NCBI GenBank assembly: GCA_944332815.1 | Contig: CALVKQ010000001.1 | Location: 49,697-113,696 of the forward strand | DNA length: 64,000 nt | Reading direction: 5' to 3' | Source of the DNA: an uncultured Clostridia bacterium | GTDB taxonomy: Bacteria; Bacillota; Clostridia; Christensenellales; CAG-917 | Shown here: in pieces, positions 56,797 through 64,000 of the stretch | Numbering within the stretch: the first letter of the stretch is position 1 | Layout: every line of letters begins with the position of its first letter | The notes under the pieces: model-generated | What the model was told of the DNA's origin: nothing | Database searches by the model: none | The model's input: the letters and a program-made list of their open reading frames with translations, nothing else | Translations under genes and position numbers: made by a program

Positions 56797-57491
56797 TTTT
56801 GAATAAGTCCGTCCTCTATCTCTATCTTGCGTGAAGCGTAGTCGGCGTGCGCCGCAGAGTGAGTGACCATAACGAGCGCAACTCCCTTTTCGCGGTTGAT
56901 GCGGTCCAGCAGTTCCATGACCTGGCGTCCTCTCTCCTTGTCCAGACTGCCCGTGGGTTCGTCCAGGAATATGAGTTTGGGGGAAGTGACCAAGGCACGC
57001 GCCAGCGCGACGCGCTGTTGTTCGCCGCCGGACAGCTGACGGGGCAGGTTGTCCAGCCTCTCCTCTATGCCCAGGAAACGGCACACTTCCGCAGCGACCT
57101 CCGCGCATTCTTTTTCCTTCCTGCCGTCCAGACGCAGGGGAAGGATGATGTTTTCGCGAGCGGTAAGATGGGGCACAAGATTGTCGAATTGATAAACGAA
57201 CGAGATCTCCCTGCGGCGCATTGCCGCCATCACCTCGTCCGTAACGGAGGCAAGATCGCGCCCCAGCAGCGTCACGCTACCCTCGGTGGGACGGTCTATG
57301 CCGGCAAGGATGTAAAGCAGCGTGGACTTGCCCGACCCGGACTCGCCCAGCACCGCGACGAACTCGCCGTCCTCCACGACCATGTCTATGCCTTTCAGCA
57401 CTTCCACAGTCCTGTCCCCGACGGCGTAGGATTTTTTCACTCCTTTGGCTTCCAAAATGCGGCAGCCCTTTTCAGATCCGACTTTACCCAT
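56793..57491 (-). CDS. ABC transporter ATP-binding protein (MacB/LolD type)
   Basis: Walker A GESGSGKST, signature LSGGEQQR and Walker B IFLDEPTGSLD. Confidence 0.9.
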   Translation of the reverse strand: MGKVGSEKGCRILEAKGVKKSYAVGDRTVEVLKGIDMVVEDGEFVAVLGESGSGKSTLLYILAGIDRPTEGSVTLLGRDLASVTDEVMAAMRRREISFVYQFDNLVPHLTARENIILPLRLDGRKEKECAEVAAEVCRFLGIEERLDNLPRQLSGGEQQRVALARALVTSPKLIFLDEPTGSLDKERGRQVMELLDRINREKGVALVMVTHSAAHADYASRKIEIEDGLIQK

Positions 57492-57692
57492 TGCTTACCT
57501 CTCGTTTAATGATATCACACGCGCGCGCGTATCTCAACACAAAAAAATCACACGCGCAACATGAAAAACTCTCCCCGTCTTACCTCCTCTCGCCCGATCT
57601 TTCTTCGGACTTATTTCACCGCGCGCGCCGCAATTCTCTCCGTGAGCGTCGCGACGCTTTGCAAATCGCCGCATCCGTGTTATCATTTCGGT

Positions 57693-58319
57693 ATGGCAAA
57701 AAAGATGTTTCAAGGGACGGATATAGGACGGCTCATGGAAGAGAGCGCGCAAAGCGGAGAAAAACCGCGCCTGCTCCTGCACGTCTGCTGCGGACCGTGC
57801 GCGGCAGGGGTCCTGCCTGCCGTGACGCCCTTTTTCGATGTCACGTTGTTTTACTATGACCCCAATATATTGCCGAAAGCAGAGTTTATCAAGCGTTTAG
57901 ACACACTAAAACAGCTTTTGGCGCACTTTCCCGATGTAAAGCTCATCGTGCCCGAGCAGGACGAAGAGGAGTTCCTTTCCGCCGTAACGGGGCTGGAAAC
58001 CCTCCCCGAAGGGGGAGCGCGATGCGAAGTCTGCTTCGCCGTCAGACTGAAAAAGACGGCGGAATATCTTGCTTCCTCGGACGGAAAATACGACGGGTTC
58101 GCCACCACCCTCACCGTCAGTCCGAGAAAAAATGCCGTCCTCATAAACCGCATAGGCGAGGAGGCGGCGAAAGAATACGGTGTGACATATTTCACTTCGG
58201 ATTTTAAGAAAAACGACGGCTGGCTGACTTCGGTGCGGCTGTCACGCGAATACGGCTTGTACCGCCAGCATTACTGCGGCTGCGGCTTTCCCGTCCCGTA
58301 CGATGCCGAACAAAGCTGA
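57693..58319 (+). CDS. queH: Epoxyqueuosine reductase QueH (DUF208)
   Basis: LLHVCCGPC N-terminal Cys motif, later CxxC (CEVCF), and a C-terminal YRQHYCGC. Confidence 0.85.
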   Translation: MAKKMFQGTDIGRLMEESAQSGEKPRLLLHVCCGPCAAGVLPAVTPFFDVTLFYYDPNILPKAEFIKRLDTLKQLLAHFPDVKLIVPEQDEEEFLSAVTGLETLPEGGARCEVCFAVRLKKTAEYLASSDGKYDGFATTLTVSPRKNAVLINRIGEEAAKEYGVTYFTSDFKKNDGWLTSVRLSREYGLYRQHYCGCGFPVPYDAEQS

Positions 58320-58418
58320 CAGAGTTCGCCGCACCGGGATCCCCCGTATGCAAAAGGACCGAGGCCTTATACCCGGTCCTTTCCTGTTCTCCGACGAACG
58401 TGTGCGGTGTGCCGAAGT

Positions 58419-58868
58419 TTATTTGAAGTACTTGTTTTCAATGTCGGCGATCATGTCCAGCCTGCGCTGGTGTCTGCCGCCTTCGTACTCGGCGACGAAC
58501 CATGCCTTGACGATGTCGCTCGCCTCTTCGGGAGTCACCACTCTGCCCCCGAGCGCGATGATGTTGGCGTTGTTATGACGCTTGGTCATCTCCGCCATGA
58601 AGGTGTTGGTGACCACCGCCGCACGAATGCCTTTGACCTTGTTGGCGGAAATGGAGATGCCTATCCCCGTCCCACACATGAGCACGCCGGCGTCACACTC
58701 GCCCGACGCCACAGCTTCCGCGACTTTCTGCCCGTAGACGGGATAATCCACCGACTCGTCGGTGTAAGTGCCGAGGTCAACGACCTCCGCGCCAAGCTCT
58801 TCCAGCGTGCGGATGACCGCAGGTTTGAGGACGATGCCGCCGTGATCGCAACCGATCGCAATTTTCAT
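58419..58868 (-). CDS. rpiB: Ribose-5-phosphate isomerase B
   Basis: MKIAIGCDHGG...GVLMCGTGIGISISANK motifs, 149 aa. AAGGGGTG SD. Confidence 0.92.
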   Translation of the reverse strand: MKIAIGCDHGGIVLKPAVIRTLEELGAEVVDLGTYTDESVDYPVYGQKVAEAVASGECDAGVLMCGTGIGISISANKVKGIRAAVVTNTFMAEMTKRHNNANIIALGGRVVTPEEASDIVKAWFVAEYEGGRHQRRLDMIADIENKYFK

Positions 58869-59113
58869 AAATTCACCCCTTGAGTTTGATAAGTTAATTA
58901 TACTCCCCTCCTCTCCCGAGCGCAAGAGTCAGTTCTCGCGTTTTGTCGAAAATGCCCGGGACGTATCCGAGCGCGCTCCGAATAAGTGAACGTGAGGAAA
59001 AAAGTTTAATGGGGGCGTCCCCTGACAAGGCATACTTCCGTCTTCGAATGAGTGTGGAGTGTGTTCAAGCACACACGCTCATGCTTCACGTTATACCGAA
59101 ACAGGAACGCGTT

Positions 59114-59237
59114 GGGACACAACGGGGACGGGGTAAAGCCGGGGTACCCATCTTTGATGGGGCTTGGGGGCGCAAATGTCCAATGAGGGACAAAACGTGT
59201 CCCTAATTGGACATTTTTGCCCCGTCCCCGTTGTCCC
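59114..59237. repeat. Long imperfect hairpin homologous to the 38494-38638 inverted repeat
   Basis: GGGACACAACGGGGACGGGG (59114-59133) pairs with CCCCGTCCCCGTTGTCCC (59220-59237). An inner hairpin is AAATGTCCAAT..GGGACA/TGTCCC..AATTGGACATTT. The GGGGACGGG core is shared with region 1. Confidence 0.75.
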
Positions 59238-59296
59238 GGATAAAGCAAGAACACTCTAACTAGTGCACGTGTGGAATAAAGTTTAATAGGGGCTTG

Positions 59297-59790
59297 CGTC
59301 CCCTGACATGGAAGTATAGCTCCCCCTCCTCCCCGGGGACCCCACAAAATGCATGCATTTTGTGGGGAGCCCCATTCGGGACTCCTCCCCCACTCGGAAT
59401 AGAGGACAATCCTCCTAAAATGCGGAACTCACTTTTTCATAAAGGCGCAGGCGGTGCGCCTTTATGAAAACACCTCTTGAAAAAGTTTGTTTATCGCACT
59501 TACATAATCAAGCGGCGAACAGTGCTCACTGAACGTCGCTCGTGGGGCGAGGAGGGCGACTCGACGCGCACCGAGCCCGTGTCTACTTAATTTTTCGTCT
59601 AGCTTGCGAGGTCGCAGATCCGCGCCGCGACTTGCAAGCGTGGGCGAACATTCGCCCACGGTGCAAGTTTGGCTGAGCGGCGCGTAATTCCGTCTTCGAA
59701 CGAGTATAAGTTGAAATTAAGTACGCTCCGGATAAGTGCACGTGGAATATTAGGGTTTTTCCCCGTCTTCGAATAAGGTTTGGAAAAATA
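59297..59790. repeat. Mosaic structured non-coding element, copy 2 (paralog of 38645-39170)
   Basis: It has the same order and orientation of conserved blocks as copy 1 (59298, 59383-59421, 59594, 59621-59685, 59725-59778). The interior differs and includes a 15-bp hairpin at 59434-59470. Confidence 0.7.
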
Positions 59791-59807
59791 ATTTCAACGC
59801 CCTTGCC

Positions 59808-60233
59808 TTAAACGGCGATATTTGGATGAAGAGCGCGAAAGCCCCACATATCCGGACGCGCGGTGTACTTTTTTTGCCCCAGCTGAAAATCCTCTGATTT
59901 TCACCCGGGGACCCCGATGTACATAAGCGGCCGGAGATGTGGGGCTGACAAAGCTATTCGCCAAATAGCGGCGTTTAACTTGTTAAAGCGCGATATTTTC
60001 GCGTCAGACAAGGAAGAACCGCGTTCCACGGACGCGCGGTGTACTCCTTGTACATAAGCGGTCGGGAACGCGGTTCTGACGCAGTATCACGCAAAATAAC
60101 ACACTTATCTAAACGGCGATATTTGGATGAAATGCGCGAAAGAACCCTGCCGAGAGGCGGAACGTACATTGACGTACGTGAGCATCTACGGCAGGGACTC
60201 TGACAAAGCAGTTCGCCAAATAGCGCCGTTTAA
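59808..60233. repeat. Three tandem long hairpin elements directly after the surface-protein stop codon
   Basis: Units at 59808-59978 and 60110-60233 share basal arms TTAAACGGCGATATTTGG / CCAAATAGCGsCGTTTAA. A middle unit spans about 59985-60090. The last arm overlaps the TAA stop at 60230-60232. Confidence 0.8.
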
Positions 60234-63200
60234 CGGATGCCGATGATGGGAGGCACCCTCCTATTACTCACAGCAGCAGGCGCATCATAGTGCTGCGGCG
60301 CGATGTCCGCGGCTGCCTCTGCCGCTACGACGGGAGCGACGGGAGCGGCGGTGGGAGGCTGAGGCATGATGGAGTCGATGGGCTCGACCTCCACGGGGAT
60401 GGGATCGGGCGCGCGATGCAGTTTGACGAGCACGGCGATGAGGATGGCGATCGCTATGACGAGAACCAACACCGCCGCCGCAAGCGCGATGATCCACCAA
60501 TCAAACGCGGGCGCGGAGCTGTTGACGAACACGAGGTTGCCTATGTAGTTGGTCTTATACTCAATGGTGTTGCCGGTCACGGTGTAGGACTCGGGATCCA
60601 TCTTGACGAGCCTGCCGTCCGCGTTGACGTAGTACACGCTGAAACCGCTTGCCACGCCGTCGGGGATGCGCGCCGTTATCGTGACTTCGTTTGCGAGAGT
60701 CGTGACCGCACCGTTGCGGTTGTTGAGCTGGATGCGCAGTATGCCGCTGACGCCGAGCTCCTCGTCCTCGCCTGCGAAGGACTGCACGTTGCTCTGGACG
60801 ATCTGCCAGTAGCTTTCGCTGCTGTCGACGGTGGTATCGGACAGCTTGTAATCCACCGCAACGGGATCGCCGAAGTCGACGGTGACATAAGTCGTGCCAT
60901 CGGCGACGTAAGCGACCTTGGTTATCTGGACGGTCATCTTGCCGGAGCTGTTGCCGACCGCGACATAGTTGGGGTTGTTCGCCTTGATCTCGTAGTCGTA
61001 GACGCCGGGTCCGGTGACCGAACTCACTATCTTGCCGTTGAAGCGGTAGACGACGGTGAAGTTGCCGACGGACGACCCATCGGACGTCGTGAACTCTATC
61101 TTGTAATTGCCGCTCACGCCTGCGGTCGCATCGTGCACGTCGGAACCGGGCACAACGGTGACCGTGACGGGTTTGGCGCTGACGCGCAGCGCGGTGACGC
61201 GGTTGTCGATGTAGTAGTTCTCCACATACTCGTCGCCTATCATGATCTCGAGTATGTACGCGCCTGCGTTCTTCATAGCCGCGAGGGACTCATCGCCGAA
61301 GACGTAAACGAGTTCCGCATTGGCGAAGAAGCCTTCCACCACTTCGCCGGTGAGCGCGTCGGTCGCCAGGAGGTCGGTGGCAGGAACCAGCCTGTACTCC
61401 GTATTCTCATACGGGAAGACGGAGGACACACCGGGAGCGAGGGTCACGATGACGCTCCTCTGCGCTATCTCGAAGTTGCCGCTTGCGGTGTAAGTGCCGA
61501 CGTAATTGTATTTGTACTTCGAATCCGCCGCGATCTTTCTGGTGACGGTGATGCTCCACGAATAGTAGCCGGACTCCGTGGGCGCCGGGATGACGCTGCC
61601 GGTGATGGCATCCGACCACTCGAAGGTGTACTCATCGAGCGCCGTAAGTCCTTTCAAGACATCCTCCACAGTGAGTGCAACGGGAGAACCGTCGGCGGAG
61701 AGAGTGTACGGACGAGAGCCGTCGACGACGGGCTTGAACACGCTCGTATCCAAAGTGGGAAGCACGATGACGAGCTCGGGAGCGACTTCCGCGCCCGTGG
61801 CATCCACCAGCACCACCTCGTAGTTGGTGAGCGCGTCGGAGTCCATGGTGAGGAGATACTTGCCGCCGTTCAGATTTGCGGTGAGCTCGTAGTCGGTGCC
61901 GACCAACGCCGCGCCTGTGCCGTTCAGCTTATAGGAGTAAGCCGAGCGCAGCGCATTCATGAGCGTGGCAACGTTATCCTTGTCCGCAACGGAGTCAGAG
62001 CTGTACACATTGAAGGTGGGCACGGGCAGAGAGCCGACATAGTATTCGGTTTCAAACGCGCCGTCCGTGCCGTTGCCGGTCGCGACGACCTGCAATTTAG
62101 CGCGCGCTATGACGACGGTGCGTCCGGACTGTGCGGTGACGGTGAAGTTGGTCGCCGTGACGGAGGCTTTCGCTCCGCTGTACGAGCCTGCATCCACCTT
62201 GATGTTCCCGTTCGCGTCGAGGAAAGCGACGCCCGTCGAAGTGACGAGAGTTGCGGTGCCGACTGTGCCGTCGATGCGGACATACGCGCCGTCCGCCGCC
62301 TGCACGAAGGAGCCGTCGTCATTCCTGTTATAGAGTTTTTCCTGCGCAGGCGTGACAGCCGTCGCGTGGGCGAACGCCGCATTCCAGTCGGTGGCGAGGA
62401 TGTAGGCGTACCCTGCCTCGTCCACGATGACGGGTTTTCCGCCGACGGAATAGCTCACGCCGTAATCGAGCGTGCTGCCGTAAGTGCCGGTGATATCGCC
62501 TGCGTCAGCGGAAGTCAGCGCGACGCTCATATCCGCCCTGGTGACGGTGGCTGCACTCGAAACGGTGTAAATGCCGCCGGTGTTGAAGACGTAATTGCTG
62601 TTGCCGGTCGCGGAGTTGATGGCGAAGATGACATCCTGTCTGCCGACGCCGACGCCGCCGAGGGTGACGGTGAAGTCGGCTATGGTGAAGTCATCCGCAA
62701 GCTCGGGCGCGCCGGGCACGACGAGGACGAAGTCGCCGTCGCTGCCGTAGGTGAGCGAAGCGGACAGGTTCACGGTGTCGTCGAACTTCTTGACGAAAGC
62801 GGAACTGTCGAGGATATCCACTCTGAACGCGATCTGTATGGGATCGATCTTACCGGTCGCGGGGAAGTACGCCAATCCGGGGTACTCCTGCGCCACGGTG
62901 AACCCATCGGGAGCCGCGGTGAACGCGCTCTTTTCGGCGAGGTAGACCGTCCTGCCGTTCAGGGTGAACTCGGCGAGGAATTTTGCTCTGACGTCGTCGG
63001 GGATATCGACGGAGGCGTCGTTGCGGCTGTACGCGACGTAATCCGCGACGCCTTCCGCATCTATCTTATAGTTGACGGTGCCGTTCTGCCTGTACAGTTC
63101 GAAGCCGTAGACGGTGCCGTCCTTGGTCGCCGCCGCATCCGCGGAGTCGTAGCCTGCCGCGAGCACTCTGACGCCGTAGCTCTGCTTGACGAACTCATCC

Positions 63201-64000
63201 GCGGTGACGAACCCGGAGAGGGACGCGGTGACTCTGTTCTCGATGACGCCCGAGTACGCTGTGCCGTCATAAGTCTTGCCGGGAAGGGTGAACTCCACTT
63301 GGAGGGTCGCCGGGGTGATATTCGCCCTGAGGCTGCTGCTGCTCGCTCTGAACGTGATGGCGTAGCTGCTTGCGACGTCCTGATTATGCGCAGTCTGTTC
63401 CGCATTGCCCTCCACGGTCTTCGCGACGAGCTTCACGGAGCCGCTCTCGATGCTGACGGAGATATTATTCGCGACGTCGGCGCTGTTGAAGCGCGCGCTG
63501 TACGCAAACTCGAGGCTGTCGATATCCTTTGCGGTGCCGATCTGCACGAAATCGTTTTCGTCATACGCGCCGTTGAAGTCGAGTTTTACGTCGGTGGTGC
63601 CGTCGTAGACCTTGCTTTCGGGCTTGATGCCGGTGATGTCGATGATGATCTCCTTGGGATTGAGCACAGCCTCTTTTGCGAGGAAGAGGTTGGACACGGC
63701 GTACTCGCCTGCCGCCTCGTTTATGGGCGTGTAGGTGACGTCGAAGTCGTAGTTATCCCAATCGAAGTTGCTGCTGACGGCGATCTCGAAGTTGACGAGG
63801 ACGTCGTGATAGTAAACTCCGTTCTCGAAGTTTTCCGTCTGGACGTAGATGAAAGGCTCGTACTTTTCGCCGGTATCTCTGGCGAAGAGGTACACGGGGT
63901 TGCGGATCTCCGCGCTTTCGCCGTCTGCGACGTTATCGATGACGGGCGCGGTGACGGTGGAAGGACCGGCCTGACCGCTGTACATCACGCTGTCGCCCTC
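60230..64000 (-). CDS. Very large surface protein with MBG (YGX-type)-like repeats and a C-terminal TM anchor (5' end outside the window)
   Basis: Recurrent K.YDGT motifs (KVYDGTTDV, KTYDGTAYSG). C-terminal hydrophobic helix WWIIALAAAVLVLVIAIAILIAVLV followed by a Pro/Ala-rich tail. No signal peptide at the apparent start, so the gene continues upstream. Confidence 0.8.
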   Translation of the reverse strand, partial: EGDSVMYSGQAGPSTVTAPVIDNVADGESAEIRNPVYLFARDTGEKYEPFIYVQTENFENGVYYHDVLVNFEIAVSSNFDWDNYDFDVTYTPINEAAGEYAVSNLFLAKEAVLNPKEIIIDITGIKPESKVYDGTTDVKLDFNGAYDENDFVQIGTAKDIDSLEFAYSARFNSADVANNISVSIESGSVKLVAKTVEGNAEQTAHNQDVASSYAITFRASSSSLRANITPATLQVEFTLPGKTYDGTAYSGVIENRVTASLSGFVTADEFVKQSYGVRVLAAGYDSADAAATKDGTVYGFELYRQNGTVNYKIDAEGVADYVAYSRNDASVDIPDDVRAKFLAEFTLNGRTVYLAEKSAFTAAPDGFTVAQEYPGLAYFPATGKIDPIQIAFRVDILDSSAFVKKFDDTVNLSASLTYGSDGDFVLVVPGAPELADDFTIADFTVTLGGVGVGRQDVIFAINSATGNSNYVFNTGGIYTVSSAATVTRADMSVALTSADAGDITGTYGSTLDYGVSYSVGGKPVIVDEAGYAYILATDWNAAFAHATAVTPAQEKLYNRNDDGSFVQAADGAYVRIDGTVGTATLVTSTGVAFLDANGNIKVDAGSYSGAKASVTATNFTVTAQSGRTVVIARAKLQVVATGNGTDGAFETEYYVGSLPVPTFNVYSSDSVADKDNVATLMNALRSAYSYKLNGTGAALVGTDYELTANLNGGKYLLTMDSDALTNYEVVLVDATGAEVAPELVIVLPTLDTSVFKPVVDGSRPYTLSADGSPVALTVEDVLKGLTALDEYTFEWSDAITGSVIPAPTESGYYSWSITVTRKIAADSKYKYNYVGTYTASGNFEIAQRSVIVTLAPGVSSVFPYENTEYRLVPATDLLATDALTGEVVEGFFANAELVYVFGDESLAAMKNAGAYILEIMIGDEYVENYYIDNRVTALRVSAKPVTVTVVPGSDVHDATAGVSGNYKIEFTTSDGSSVGNFTVVYRFNGKIVSSVTGPGVYDYEIKANNPNYVAVGNSSGKMTVQITKVAYVADGTTYVTVDFGDPVAVDYKLSDTTVDSSESYWQIVQSNVQSFAGEDEELGVSGILRIQLNNRNGAVTTLANEVTITARIPDGVASGFSVYYVNADGRLVKMDPESYTVTGNTIEYKTNYIGNLVFVNSSAPAFDWWIIALAAAVLVLVIAIAILIAVLVKLHRAPDPIPVEVEPIDSIMPQPPTAAPVAPVVAAEAAADIAPQHYDAPAAVSNRRVPPIIGIR

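Noticed and set aside
56797-57108. 104-aa N-terminal extension of the FtsX permease ORF (track ORF 54367-57108), and the analogous extension of the S58 peptidase ORF (8218-8607).
   Set aside because: The extensions lie entirely inside the upstream genes in another frame and are Arg/Gly/Pro-rich. Canonical starts with coupling or SD signals exist at 56796 and 8608.
59434-59470. The 15-bp hairpin TTTTCATAAAGGCGC-aggcggt-GCGCCTTTATGAAAA as the main terminator of the adhesin gene.
   Set aside because: It lies ~760 nt beyond the stop codon, inside the copy-2 element. It may terminate something, but I cannot assign it to a gene. It is kept only as part of the element description.
59808-60233. Integron attC sites suggested by TTAAAC ... 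GTTTAAC-ended imperfect palindromes.
   Set aside because: The ends do not fit RYYYAAC / GTTRRRY well. There is no intI gene or attI and no promoterless cassette ORFs between the hairpins.

Overview
By eye the window is GC-rich apart from one lower-GC island. It looks like a Clostridia/Firmicutes-type chromosome: GGAGG Shine-Dalgarno sites, several near-consensus TTGACA-17-TATAAT promoters, a uvrC-hprK-murB-whiA-dnaE-pfkA neighbourhood, and an ECF-type ThiT behind a TPP riboswitch. About 60 protein genes are supportable. They cover housekeeping (typA, dnaE, uvrC, murB, hprK, whiA, pfkA, prfA, prmC, rpmE, trpS, thrC, rpiB, queH), ion homeostasis (CDF, MscS, MscL, TrkH/TrkA), thiamine salvage, two ABC systems, several regulators, and a large 5'-truncated MBG-repeat surface protein. 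I recognised no rRNA, tRNA, CRISPR array, transposase or integrase. Many long ORFs in the supplied track are antisense artefacts of the high GC content and are not called. Four things deserve a second look. (1) Two large non-coding regions (38.4-39.25 kb and 58.9-60.23 kb) share collinear conserved blocks, some identical over 39 nt. The blocks are separated by unrelated hairpin-rich sequence, with long-range inverted repeats, a perfect 28-bp inverted repeat around tandem 37-bp repeats, and long hairpins whose stems differ in a compensatory way. This could be a structured ncRNA family or a mosaic, non-autonomous repeat element family; I cannot decide which from sequence alone. (2) A lower-GC island (about 14.9-18.9 kb) carries a vWA protein, two unrecognisable proteins, a short WYL-type wHTH regulator without a WYL domain, and a frameshifted XRE gene. 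(3) A consensus promoter is followed by a terminated ~100-nt leader upstream of a TM1266-like regulator/ABC operon. (4) A promoter- and SD-equipped 30-codon ORF lies next to an AraC regulator. All homology statements come from motif recognition by eye, not database searches.
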